A stretch of DNA of 64,000 bases from the NCBI RefSeq assembly GCF_001194135.2, contig NC_069001.1:33523285-33587284 (forward strand). The letters are read 5' to 3'. The DNA is from Octopus bimaculoides. Its lineage: Eukaryota. Positions 24,741-37,494 of the stretch are shown here, piece after piece. The notes beneath the pieces were generated by a model. That model saw only the letters and a program-made list of their open reading frames with translations, ran no database searches and was not told the DNA's origin. Position 1 is the first letter of the stretch, and every line of letters begins with the position of its first letter. Both the position numbers and the translations under genes were made by a program.

Positions 24741-25439
24741 GGGCATCATTCCGTTCTTGTTATTTTTGTATGTGTACCTATATTTATTGCGTGTATAGTG
24801 TAAATATATGCACACATGCATGTACATGTGTGCGTTCGCGAACCCCCACCCCGTATATATATGTATATATATATATATAGATGTATGGATGTTTTTGAGA
24901 TGTTGGGGAGGTGTGTATGTATACAAACCATTCCAATGATAAGCGAACCAACCAACAACGTTAGCAGTGAGTCATAGATGTGTCTCCCTCGTTAAAGTCA
25001 AAAGAGTCTAATAATGGTCGTTGCCATGACGTCATGGTGATGAATGTGCATGGGTGGTGCGGTTCTGTGCTGTGATGTTTTGAACTGCGTTGTCGGAGTC
25101 GTTGCTGTTGGAAGCGATGGTGGTGGTGGTGGTGGTGGTGGTGGTGGTACTAGTGATGGCAGCGGTTGTTGTTGGTTTTGTTATGGTGGTGGTGGTAGTG
25201 GTAGCGGTGGTAGTGTTTATAGTAGCGATTACGGTGGAGTTTTTGAATGGAGAGGTTGTGGCGGTTGTGATGTTGATAGTAGTGGCGGTGTTAGTTGTGC
25301 TCGAAAGGTGGTAGGGTGGGGTTGGTGGCTGGTGGTGGGAGTTGCGGAATTAACGGAGTTGATGGTGGTGTTGGTGGTGGTTGTGGTGATAGTGATGTTG
25401 ATGCTAGTGTAGGAGTTTATGGTGTTGAATGAGCGGTAG

Positions 25440-25635
25440 TGGTGTTATTGTTAAGCCCCAAGTTAGCCTTATCCAAGAGTTTTATGATCAAAGTCGTTCT
25501 AGCCATGACTAACCCGCCTTATTTTGTTCAGTCTCTGTACTTCGATGACTAACTTATCTAATGTGATCTTTTCTTAACGCGATATTATACTGTTGAGGGA
25601 GATTTAGCTGCTATTTCTAGTATGTCGAACCACTG
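25440..25635 (+). repeat. Repeat family C
   Basis: TTAAGCCCCAAGTTAGC..TATGATCAAAGTCGTTCTAGCCATGAC..GAGGGAGATTTAGCTGCTATTTCTAG. Confidence 0.68.
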
Positions 25636-25910
25636 TGCAGAGGCATTTTTGTTGGCTCAGCAATGGTGGTGGTATTGATGGAAGTGGCGGCGGCGGGTAG
25701 TTATGAATTGAATAACAGCTCTTTTATAAACAATGCTTGTGTGTGTATGTGTGCGCGTATGTGTGTGTGTGTGGTGTGTGTGTGAATGCGCGTGTGTGCG
25801 TGCCGGTATCGGTATGTGCCGATATGAGAGTTGGTGCGTTTCTTTGTGAAAGACAAAGAGTTGGCAGGAGGTAGTACGTAGATAGATAGTGAAACAGATA
25901 GATAACGAGA

Positions 25911-25948
<38 letters not shown>

Positions 25949-26954
25949 GAGGGAGAGAGAGAGAGAGAGGGAGAGAGAGAGAGAAAGGTGNNNNNNNNNN
26001 NNNNNNNNNNNNNNNNNNNNNNNNNNNNNNNNNNNNNNNNNNNNNNNNNNNNNNNNNNNNNNNNNNNNNNNNNNNNNNNNNNNNNNNNNNNNNNNNNNNN
26101 NNNNNNNNNNNNNNNNNNNNNNNNNNNNCTTAATCGCAGCATCCTTACCACCGGTTTCGTCACCGCTTCTAACATCCTCACCCCTATCAACCACACTTTT
26201 ACAACGACGACGACGATCACCACCACCACCACCACCACCACCACCACTACTACTCTCACAAGAATCATCACCACCATCACCAGAATTCTTCACCACCAAC
26301 CATCATCATCATCATCACATGAATCCCCATCATCGTTATGATTCTCATTGCTGTCGTCATAACCACCAATGCTGTCACAAGTACCCATCATTAACACCAT
26401 TACCAGTAGCACCACAACCGCCACCACCACCATCATCAACACCAGTGTCACCTCTACCACCGCAATCACCGCAGCTAATATCACCACACTTACCATTTCG
26501 ATTGCCTACCACCGTCACTTCTAGCTTCACCAGCTTCACCGCCATCATTATCAACACTATCGGCATTACTTTCGACATCATCACTATTTTCCTCATCACC
26601 TTTACTACCAGCATCACCATCATCAACACAACCGTCACCGCCGCTGCCATCCCTATCACCACCATTATCCACACCACCAGCGACGGCAACACCACTACCA
26701 CTTCACTCCCACCCCGTTACCACTACTACCATTATCATCATCACTTTGTTTCACTCAACTTTACTATACTCTCCCCTTTCTTTCTTTCTTTCTCTGTCCG
26801 TTTGTATCTCTGTATATCTATCTGTCTTTTCGCCCCCCCCCCTACATTATCCTCGAGACTTTTCCGATTACATTACCTTCTCTATTACCATTACCATCCA
26901 TCGCAATCATCATCACTAACATCGACCACATACATTAGCCAACAAGGCAAACTT

Positions 26955-27140
26955 TATGCAGTTGCGTGACTTGCTAGAAATAGAAACCACATCACCGATA
27001 CGTTACACCCCCACCATCATGAAAAAGGAGACATTGGATAATGTAATCCTGGATACCCCTAAGAAGACACGATGGTCACGGTTGGAATGCTTTGATCATA
27101 AATCCGCTCAATCAGGATAGACGTGGAGTTGAACAACTAT
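26955..27140 (-). repeat. Repeat family C
   Basis: CTAGAAATAG..CATTGGATAATGTAATCCT..GATGGTCACGGTTGGAATGCTTTGATCATA. Confidence 0.68.
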
Positions 27141-28916
27141 CAGCCCTACTACAACCGCCCCCACCAGCATCATCACTGCTACTATCATTACCATAAATGG
27201 GTTAATCACCGCCACTACTCTCCCCATAACCTCTACAACCATCACCACCATCACCATCAGCGTCAATAGAAAAAAATAGCCACTACTATAACTACCATCT
27301 CTTTATCAACATTGCCATCATAATCATTATCCACATCACCACAACCACCACCACCACTTCTACCAACATTATCATCACCACTATCGCCATCACCACCACA
27401 ACTATCATCTTTACTATTATCAAAACTCCCAGCACTCCACCACCACAGTCACCACCACCTTCAACATCAGCAACCACTACACTACCGCCACCATCGTCCG
27501 TATTACTATTGCCAAAGCCACTTCCGTACGATTTTCCTTATCTGATTATATATTATCACTTTCATTTTCTTTTTCCTTTTTAATATCTCATACGCTTTCT
27601 TCTCTCTCTCTTTCTCTTTACGTTCAACTTTTCACCTTTTTCTTTTACGTTATTTCTATCTTCTCCCTCCCCATACACGGACTCACTATTTCACTTTCTC
27701 TTCATTCGTTCATTCATTCATTCATTCATTCATTCTATTTTTCTTTTTATTTCTCTTCTCCTCTCTGCCTGTCTGTGTCTGACTGTCTGTCTCTCTTTCT
27801 CTCTTTCTCTCTCTCTAACCCACACTTTCTCTTTCTCTCCCATGCACACTCGGTGTAACAAACTCTCATTCATTACATCAACAATAAAAGATTCGATGAG
27901 TATGTCTACGTGTAAGCGAAAGAGAGGAAAATGGGGCGAGAGAAAGAGAGATAGTCATGCCAAGAATGTGTATGTGCGTAAGTGTTTGCGCGAGCGCGCG
28001 CACGTGCCTGCATGAACAAGCGAAGGAGCAAAGAGGATGAGGGCTAGAGAACGCGAGACAAATAGGGAGAGAGAAAAAGGGTGAGAGAGGGGATATGGTC
28101 ACATCAAGAATGGTTTCATCAATACGCAACAGACGACCGGTGCTAAACATTCCAATGCGTGTGAAAGTGTGCATAACTCTGCAGCTGCATAGACGTTACA
28201 AACAACTGCAAACATGACAAATATGTATGGCTTCTCGATAAATATTCATGTGTGATATAAATCTTGGCTGCACGCGTTTGAAGTATTTCTGCTGAAATAT
28301 GATATCGATGCAATGCCACTGCGAATTGCGTACTCGCATGTACAAACGCCTTACATTAAAAAATAATTGTGTGTGTGTGTGTGTGTGTGTGTGTGCATAT
28401 GTATTTACATAGACATATGCATGTATTATGTATGTATGTATGTATGTATGTATGTATGTATATGCTTGTTTGTGTGTGTGTGCTTATGTATATATATATT
28501 TAAAATTATAATTTAGGGTATCTAAGAGATACCGCCATGCTGAAAATAGCAGCCAAATCTTGACTCTAAACCACAATAAATGTTCATATAGCACCAGGAG
28601 CGAATTAAATAATTGTTACCTTTGATGGTTTTTTTTATTCCCATGCTGGCCACTTGATAAAATCGATAATATCGATCTTATCCTTATTTATATGAATATA
28701 AATNNNNNNNNNNNNNNNNNNNNNNNNNNNNNNNNNNNNNNNNNNNNNNNNNNNNNNNNNNNNNNNNNNNNNNNNNNNNNNNNNNNNNNNNNNNNNNNNN
28801 NNNNNNNNNNNNNNNNNNNNNNNNNNNNNNNNNNNNNNNNNNNTATATATGTATGTATATGTATATATATATATATATTATATATTATATATACACACAT
28901 ACATATATATGTATAA

Positions 28917-28963
<47 letters not shown>

Positions 28964-28998
28964 ATATATATTATATATTATATATACACACATACATA

Positions 28999-29034
<36 letters not shown>

Positions 29035-29089
29035 TATATATATTATATTATATATACACACATACATATATATGTATGTATGTATGTAC

Positions 29090-29515
29090 ATAGCCTCACC
29101 GGATAAAATTCCTGTTTCAGTGTATGATGTTCAACCGAGCCCACCCAAGTGGTTCTGCTGGGGAAATGTGGAGTTATTAGCTTGACCTTGTGTCTGACGA
29201 GAGGAACGTTGTAGTACATCATCTGTAACTGTCCAAAAGCCTCGAGAAAAAGGCGCTACTACGGGAGGCATGATTTGGTCTGGAGGGTCAAAGCAGACAC
29301 TGTCTGCAGTGATATTAGCTACGACAGGCCCCTCCGCCCTACAATGAAAACTATCACTTTTGTCAAGGCTGGTGTGAAGATAACATCTCCATGCCGACCT
29401 AGTAACTATCGCCTCCAACACCTAAGGCCAGATATGGTGCTGATCACGGAAGTATCCGAACAAGCAGTTCGGTTACAACTCTCCATTCTGTGGTAAGACC
29501 GTATTGAGGAGATAG
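29090..29515 (+). mobile_element. Degraded HERO/NeSL-like RLE non-LTR retrotransposon fragment (zinc knuckle to RLE)
   Basis: [14 protein letters not shown] (cf. YDVLPSPxNLxxWG), RGTL..CPKA..RY..RHD, TITFVKAG, LRPDMVL..QLSILW*DRIEE (cf. LRPDIVL..ELTVPWEDRIEE); stops and frameshifts present. Confidence 0.78.
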
Positions 29516-29558
29516 AAATAAAATATAGGTATAAAATAAAATAAAGTTGAGGAGATAG

Positions 29559-29738
29559 AAACCAACACCGCTTGACAATCGGTGTTGGTTTGTTTACGTC
29601 CCCGTACCTTAGCAGACCGATAGAATAAGTACCAGGCTTAAAGAAAATAATAAGTACTGAGTTCGATTCATGCGACTAAATTTCTTCAAGGTGGTGCCCC
29701 AGTATGGCCGCTGTCGACTGAAACAAGTAAAAGAATAA
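29559..29738 (+). mobile_element. Repeat family B with 5' hairpin
   Basis: Stem AAACCAACACCG/CGGTGTTGGTTT (12 bp, 9-nt loop), then GTTTACGTCCCCG..CGATAGAATAAGTACCAGG..GGTGCCCCAGTATGGCCGC..GAAACAAGTAAAAGAATAA. Confidence 0.8.
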
Positions 29739-30461
29739 ATTTATATATAATAATAAGGAGAGAGCATATCCATATACATACATAGAAACATATAGAATGA
29801 TGTATATCTGTAAATGTATGTGTATGATTAGCCATAATTAATTGTAAGATTAGCGATAATCAGTGCAATTTAAATTTGCCTCATGACATACTAAAGTTGA
29901 ATATTCATCCCAAACCATTAGATTAAACAAATCCATAAAAATGGAGTGTATTCAGCATTACAATAAATATTCAATCAATCCTTCTTGTATTACACATTCC
30001 AGACAGGGTTATTTATTATGAACAGCATTGCACAGTTTAGCATGAATACATTCATTCGCTTTTGTCAATTATCTTTATTTCGTCTGGCTTTTGCATAACC
30101 GATATCCAATATCATACCAATGCCTTACATCACTTTGTTGTGGAATTCCTGTATCAAGTGACATTGATGAGGTGTTAGCTTGTCTCAATGGATTTTCACT
30201 TTGCAGCGATTCTTATTCTTCTTTGATATTACAATTTTCTATAGTTCTCATCGAGTGAAGGTTGTTCAGTTAAGTGGTTACATATTAAGACATTTTATTT
30301 CTTCAGAATATTTAATGAAACACGTTGCGTGACTTAGAAAAGGTAATTATGAAAGTAATAGACCATTATCATAATCACACAAGTGTGGCATTATTACAGT
30401 TAAATTAATGCTGTAGAAAATCTCTTGCATTGAATTAAAATTAAAATTAATATATTAAATA

Positions 30462-30815
30462 AAATAATGGTTTCAAATTTTGGCACAAGACCAGTAATTT
30501 TAAGGGAGTGGGTAAGTCGATTACATCGACATCAATTTTTAAGTGGTAATTATTTTATCGATCCTGAAAGAGTGAAAGGAAAAAATCTACCTGCAATTAT
30601 TAGATAAAATAGTTTTTCCTAATTTTGGCAAAAAACCCGCAATTTTAAATGGGGTAGACAAGTCGAATACATCCACCCCAGTACTCAACTGGTACTTGTT
30701 TTATCGACCTCGAAAGGATGAAAGGCAAAATCGACCTTAGCGTAATATGAATCCTGAACGTAAAGACAGGCAACATGCCTTTAAGCATTTTGTCTGGTGT
30801 GCTAGCGATTTTGCC
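30462..30815 (-). mobile_element. Two tandem SINE-A copies (30462-30595 partial; 30615-30815)
   Basis: Reverse complement of tail (TTTCAAATTTTGGCACAAG), core (CTGGTACTTGTTTTATCGACCTCGAAAGGATGAAAGGC) and head (GCTAGCGATTTTGCCAGC). Confidence 0.78.
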
Positions 30816-30834
30816 AGCATATTTTATACATACA

Positions 30835-30881
<47 letters not shown>

Positions 30882-32648
30882 NNNNNNNNNNNNNNNNNNN
30901 NNNNNNNNNNNNNNNNNNNNNNNNNNNNNNNNNNNNNNNNNNNNNNNNNNNNNNNNNNNNNNNNNNNNNNNNNNNNNNNNNNNNNNNNNNNNNNNNNNNN
31001 NNNNNNNNNNNNNNNNNNNNNNNNNNNNNNNNNNNNNNNNNNNNNNNNNNNNNNNNNNNNNNNNNNNNNNNNNNNNNNNNNNNNNNNNNNNNNNNNNNNN
31101 NNNNNNNNNNNNAAAAAAAAAAAAAAAAAAATATAGCACTTGAGACATCAGTTTTCCTTTTCCTATAGAGATATCTAAACAAAGACTAGGACTCTCTCAC
31201 TCACAAGCTAACCACCAGCCACCCAGCTACTGGATAGCTGTTGACCCCACTGAATTCATCCGCCCTTTGACAAGTTTTCGTTTTCGTCCTGTGTCGAACG
31301 AAAATCATCTTCCTTACCATGTAGGCTCGCTAGGGTTGCCGGTTTAGTTGCTGACGCCCCGACCTTGCAGCTGGTTGTACAGAATTACATGTTACCAGTT
31401 GCATTATGAGTGGCCTGATACATACAGATGCATACGCCATACATGCATCCTTACATATTTATACGTACATACACACACCCACACGCACACTTGCTCACAC
31501 TATCTAAATAGATGCGCAGGGACGTAGGCAGTTTATTTTAGTCTATATAAACGAACTATTTAATCACTAATAGAACACAATACTCAATAGGCAGTCATTG
31601 CTATAGCTTAATATGTGAATTCAATGGCTGTTAGTTTGCTGTTTAGACATACTGGGTCTCTTCAGTTGCCTGCACTATTGCCATCAAATGTATGATGATA
31701 CGAACGTATGTATGTATGTATGTATGGATGGATGGATGGATGAATGGATGGATGAATGGATGGATGGATGGATGAATGAGTGAATGAATTATGAACAGAT
31801 GACTGGATGGATAAATGAGTGTGTAAATGAATATATTAGTNNNNNNNNNNNNNNNNNNNNNNNNNNNNNNNNNNNNNNNNNNNNNNNNNNNNNNNNNNNN
31901 NNNNNNNNNNNNNNNNNNNNNNNNNNNNNNNNNNNNNNNNNNNNNNNNNNNNNNNNNNNNNNNNNNNNNNNNNNNNNNNNNNNNNNNNNNNNNNNNNNNN
32001 NNNNNNNNNNNNNNNNNNNNNNNNNNNNNNNNNNNNNNNNNNNNNNNNNNNNNNNNNNNNNNNNNNNNNNNNNNNNNNNNNNNNNNNNNNNNNNNNNNNN
32101 NNNNNNNNNNNNNNNNNNNNNNNNNNNNNNNNNNNNNNNNNNNNNNNNNNNNNNNNNNNNNNNNNNNNNNNNNNNNNNNNNNNNNNNNNNNNNNNNNNNN
32201 NNNNNNNNNNNNNNNNNNNNNNNNNNNNNNNNNNNNNNNNNNNNNNNNNNNNNNNNNNNNNNNNNNNNNNNNNNNNNNNNNNNNNNNNNNNNNNNNNNNN
32301 NNNNNNNNNNNNNNNNNNNNNNNNNNNNNNNNNNNNNNNNNNNNNNNNNNNNNNNNNNNNNNNNNNNNNNNNNNNNNNNNNNNNNNNNNNNNNNNNNNNN
32401 NNNNNNNNNNNNNNNNNNNNNNNNNNNNNNNNNNNNNNNNNNNNNNNNNNNNNNNNNNNNNNNNNNNNNNNNNNNNNNNNNNNNNNNNNNNNNNNNNNNN
32501 NNNNNNNNNNNNNNNNNNNNNNNNNNNNNNNNNNNNNNNNNNNNNNNNNNNNNNNNNNNNNNNNNNNNNNNNNNNNNNNNNNNNNNNNNNNNNNNNNNNN
32601 NNNNNNNNNNNNNNNNNNNNNNNNTATATATATATATACATATATATA

Positions 32649-32721
<73 letters not shown>

Positions 32722-32958
32722 TCATTCGAGATCGAAGTGAGTTCCAGACAGGAGAAGAGAGAACGCAGCCTAGAAGAGCTAGACACCATAAAGCAAGAAA
32801 TGAATGAAATTGGAAAGCGAGGAGCTAGCGAGACGAAAAATAAAGTAATACAGAAAGAAAGAAACGGATAGAGGAAGCGAGATTGGAAGAGGAGGTAAAT
32901 AATAAAAACAAAACCAGAGATGAACTGATATGAGAAAAAAAGTAATTCGTGAATGGCA

Positions 32959-33034
32959 GAAGAGCAATGCTAAAGAGCAATGCTGAAGAGCAATGCTGAA
33001 AAGCAATGCTGAAGAGCAATGTTGAAGAGTAATG
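32959..33034. repeat. 13-bp tandem repeat (GAAGAGCAATGCT) x ~5.8
   Basis: Units start at 32959, 32972, 32985, 32998, 33011 and 33024; no spacers. Confidence 0.92.
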
Positions 33035-33886
33035 AATAAACGAAATTAGAGACTCGGCAACCAGTAAATGAGAAGTCAGCAGAAATAAAGAGCAAGAAAC
33101 TAGCGAACAAAATAATAAAGCACAGAGAGTGAGGGAATGTTGGTCTGATTTGTGCACAAAGTCGTGTCATCCTGCTGCTGAAGTGTCAACGCTTTACGAC
33201 CATCAAAAGCTAGAGAGCCTTTGATCCTCATTGTCATATACTCGAAAATTTAGTTATTAGATATTTCCTATATTTATCTAAGTTTTTCTTGATGTCTCAT
33301 TGATTGTTTACTGAACTGAAGTGGGGTATGTATATGTATAAGATCCTTAGAGACATCTGCTAAATGCCCGCTTCCCTATTCAAATATCATTCTAGCATTA
33401 ATATAATTTGATGTTCTTTCAGATGTTTACTTTTGTTTCTGTAAGCACAATTCCGGTTGGAGACATGATTTTGCTTACCACAGGTAATTATCTAACTCAA
33501 CGAATAGGGGAAATGTGCCCTATTTTTCAAATCATGGCAGCAACACTGAAGCGGGAAGCAGGATAATAATTTAATTCTACACTTTATCACATTCAAGAAT
33601 ATAAACACGTTTTAAGCACAACACACACGGAGTCAAAAGGAAACACTACCTTTCACCCGGCACTGTCGTTCACGCAGTGCTCTCTCTCCCTTGTGTGAAG
33701 CTTCCTATCTCGGACATGTGAGCATGCGCACAACAGCCAAACACCGCGTAGCTGGAACTACGAAGTGCACAGTTCTATACAAGGAGTTTTGCATAAAGAT
33801 TTTTTCATAAACTAGGAGATGGCTACTGACATTAAGCTTAAGGATTATATAATGTACAAGAAAGAATGAAAGAAGAAAGGACTCAT

Positions 33887-34524
33887 GGATCTTTTTTAAA
33901 ACGGGGGCCACATTTTTCATTAACGAAACACTTTGAAACTTGGAACACTGGTAGAATGTGTCATATAAAACATCTTTTTCTCTTAGTCTTCTTAAAAAAA
34001 AAAAGAAATCCATAAATTATTCCATGTTAAAGTTGTCGTATTTCTGTAATTTCAACCAATCACTGACGTCCATTCAGCCGATATACATTAAGTGCCGACT
34101 ACATAAACAAACGATTCTGAAACAATTAACCCTAACCCTAACCCTAACCCTAGGGTTAGGGTTAGGGTTAGGGTTAAGGTTAGGGTTAAAGCAAATTTAA
34201 AATGAAAAAAGCAAATAAAACGAAGGTATGGAGATTAAATACGCTTTACATCGCTTAATGAGCCAAAGGAGTAAAGGTAAACAACTGAATACTTGTCAGT
34301 GANNNNNNNNNNNNNNNNNNNNNNNNNNNNNNNNNNNNNNNNNNNNNNNNNNNNNNNNNNNNNNNNNNNNNNNNNNNNNNNNNNNNNNNNNNNNNNNNNN
34401 NAAAAATATTTTTCTGTTCTATAACACAAAATAGATAAGTATACGAAGTTTGAAAGTCTTTCGGTACAAAAAACACTACGTAAAACATTAATGAAAAATG
34501 TGGCCCCCGTTTTAAAAAAGATCC
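33887..34524. mobile_element. Non-autonomous DNA transposon (MITE) with GG termini and 8-bp TSD, Merlin/IS1595-like
   Basis: Perfect 37-bp TIRs GGATCTTTTTTAAAACGGGGGCCACATTTTTCATTAA (33887-33923 and 34488-34524); TSD GGACTCAT at 33879-33886 and 34525-34532; degenerate subterminal IR; 99 N inside. Confidence 0.88.
34126..34188. repeat. Telomere-type hexamer palindrome (TAACCC)4-TA-(GGGTTA)~6
   Basis: 34126-34177 is a perfect 52-bp palindrome centred at 34151/34152. Confidence 0.95.
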
Positions 34525-34879
34525 GGACTCATATTGAATGATATCGATAATATCGAGTGGAAATAGGGGGTGCTGCAGTTCCACAGTTCCTATACATGAG
34601 CCGCCACTGAACACCGCACCCAGATATCATCGTCGACAACGTACTAGTTTCTAGTAGATAAGTTAGATATGTGTCATTGCGGACAATTCACTAATGTCTT
34701 CGTTGGGAGCTTAAATATTTTAGAAGACACGTCAATTGCGTTTTCGAAGACAAATTCCACATACTTTAGAACAGCAGTCCCGAACCTTATGCCATCGCAA
34801 ATATAATGGAAAATCAATAATAGTGCACGGCAACCCTTTTATAAATAATTTATGTCTATGTTTAAAATCTGCCAACAAT

Positions 34880-35110
34880 TACGCGGCGTGTCTAGAAACA
34901 TAGTGACTACTATGTCGCGTCTATTTATAAACAAGGCCAGCCATGTAGTGTGTCTGATAGTAAACAATGTGATAATTTATGAACACAGTAAATGCCATGT
35001 GGTGTGTTTATAAACAGAGCATCAGCCATGTGGTGTGTTTATAAACACAGCGCCAACTATGTAATGTCTATAATCAGTGCTGGCTACGTAGAGTGTTTGT
35101 AAACACAATA
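34880..35110. repeat. Degenerate ~31-bp minisatellite (GCCATGTGGTGTGTTTATAAACA..)
   Basis: Two near-identical units around 34995-35055, flanked by diverged units. Confidence 0.7.
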
Positions 35111-35318
35111 GGTCCGTGAATACAGTGCCATAGACAAAGGTATCGGTGATTAAATGGCAATTGATCGAGTAATTAGCAGATTCTGCTAAGCGTGTTTCTT
35201 TATTGTTGTAATGCAGACATATCGATTATAGATAAATCGATCAATGATATCATTGACATATATATCAACATTTCGGTTGTTGTATACGTGTTTAGATTGC
35301 GCGCGCGCGGACGCACAA

Positions 35319-35352
<34 letters not shown>

Positions 35353-36100
35353 NNNNNNNNNNNNNNNNNNNNNNNNNNNNNNNNNNNNNNNNNNNNNNNN
35401 NNNNNNNNNNNNNNNNNNNNNNNNNNNNNNNNNNNNNNNNNNNNNNNNNNNNNNNNNNNNNNNNNNNNNNNNNNNNNNNNNNNNNNNNNNNNNNNNNNNN
35501 NNNNNNNNNNNNNNNNNNNNNNNNNNNNNNNNNNNNNNNNNNNNNNNNNNNNNNNNNNNNNNNNNNNNNNNNNNNNNNNNNNNNNNNNNNNNNNNNNNNN
35601 NNNNNNNNNNNNNNNNNNNNNNNNNNNNNNNNNNNNNNNNNNNNNNNNNNNNNNNNNNNNNNNNNNNNNNNNNNNNNNNNNNNNNNNNNNNNNNNNNNNN
35701 NNNNNNNNNNNNNNNNNNNNNNNNNNNNNNNNNNNNNNNNNNNNNNNNNNNNNNNNNNNNNNNNNNNNNNNNNNNNNNNNNNNNNNNNNNNNNNNNNNNN
35801 NNNNNNNNNNNNNNNNNNNNNNNNNNNNNNNNNNNNNNNNNNNNNNNNNNNNNNNNNNNNNNNNNNNNNNNNNNNNNNNNNNNNNNNNNNNNNNNNNNNN
35901 NNNNNNNNNNNNNNNNNNNNNNNNNNNNNNNNNNNNNNNNNNNNNNNNNNNNNNNNNNNNNNNNNNNNNNNNNNNNNNNNNNNNNNNNNNNNNNNNNNNN
36001 NNNNNNNNNNNNNNNNNNNNNNNNNNNNNNNNNNNNNNNNNNNNNNNNNNNNNNNNNNNNNNNNNNNNNNNNNNNNNNNNNNNNNNNNNNNNNNNNNNNN

Positions 36101-36150
<50 letters not shown>

Positions 36151-37456
36151 AAGATGAAAAATGAGTATGAAGATGAGAATAAAAGAGTGAAGGAGAATTT
36201 GAGAGAAGCGATGTCTCGCCAATACACAGTTTCATTGACGTATTTTGGCAGACACTGTTAATCGATAGTTTTTCTAGACATTATTGATTGATTGATAATT
36301 ACTGAACCACCAAATCCATTCCACCATCACGTCTGTACCAGCACTATCAGTACAATCAACCATCCACCACAATCATCCATCCTCCGCCACAACCGCCCAT
36401 CCGTCAGTCACTTACAACCATCATCCATCCGCCATCATTGATTCCACTCACTGGAATTTTCCGACACAGGCATAAAACTGCTTCTGATTGAGGCAAGGGG
36501 TTGGGTGAAATGTCGACAATCATTGGAACTCTTTTGTCATGAAAGAAAAATTTTCTATTTGATCTTAAGTTACACTTCAGTGTCACTTAAAAGTCAGTGC
36601 TCCGTTTTCCTTTTACTCTTTGTCTTGTTATTCAATCTCTTTTCATTCCTTTCTTTTTTCTTTTTCGGAGATATTTTGGTATCTCCCCCCTTTTCTCTCA
36701 ATGATTGGATGACTTTCATTCATTCATTTATTTATTTATTTATTATTTTTGAGGGAAAATCCTGAAGAGTTATGCAACAGAAAATTAATGCTGTTAACGT
36801 CGAAAATTGCGGTGTACGATGATGACGAAAAGTGCTATTATCATTTTTTTAAAAACTTTGTATAGCGCTGCTTATGAAAACTAAAACACAAACAAAAAGT
36901 AGTTGGAGAATTAGAGAGAATTTCTTTTTCTTAATAACAATGGTTAACTTAGAAAAATAAACATCCCACACATTCATTCAGCACACCTTTTTTTGGGGGG
37001 ACTTTCTTTTCTTTTCAATCTGTTTTTCTTAGTTACTTTCTTTTACGTCTTCCTTCTCTTTATACTGGTTTCCCTTTCGTACCCTTCTACCTTTTATACT
37101 TCTTATTCCGTTTCTTTCAATCTTTCCCATCTTTCTAGCATTGTTTTCTTTCTTTTCACCCATTTATACATTCCATATATTCATTCATTCTCTGTCTGTT
37201 TCTCTTTCTCTTCCACCCGCCATACATACATACATACATACATACATACATACATACATACATACATACGTACATACATACAAATGTCTACTAACTTTTT
37301 TCGTTCGCTCTCTTCTTTTATTTCCCTTCTTTCTTTCCTTCTTTTGGTCTTCCACTTTTCCTTTTCCTTTTAACCCGAGATTTTCTCCAGTCCTTTCATT
37401 TGGTAATTCCTTTATTCTTTATCATTTTCCTCCTCTTTTCCTCCTCTCTGCTTCAT

Positions 37457-37494
<38 letters not shown>

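Larger units (their letters stand above)
25090..27520. repeat. Blocks of degenerate trinucleotide repeats (GGT/GAT at 25090-25440; CAC/CAT at 26150-26950 and 27140-27520)
   Basis: Direct reading; the source of the Gly/Val- and Thr/Pro/His-rich pseudo-ORFs. Confidence 0.85.

Noticed and set aside
25044-25412. Gly-rich ORF (GGGGGGG..YGGGG) resembling a structural glycine-rich protein
   Set aside because: It is a degenerate (GGT)n tract with several frames open, identical in character to other tracts in the window.
26319-26969. 216-aa Pro/Thr/His-rich ORF resembling a mucin
   Set aside because: It lies in degenerate (CAC/CAT)n sequence, has parallel ORFs on the other strand, runs into CT-rich sequence and family C repeat, and has no recognisable domain.
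34126-34188. Ancient telomere-telomere fusion site
   Set aside because: The orientation is CCCTAA then TTAGGG, opposite to a fusion scar. The tract is short and sits inside a TIR element with a TSD.
32959-35110. CRISPR-like arrays (13-bp and ~31-bp repeats)
   Set aside because: They are contiguous tandem units without unique spacers, in eukaryotic DNA with no cas genes.
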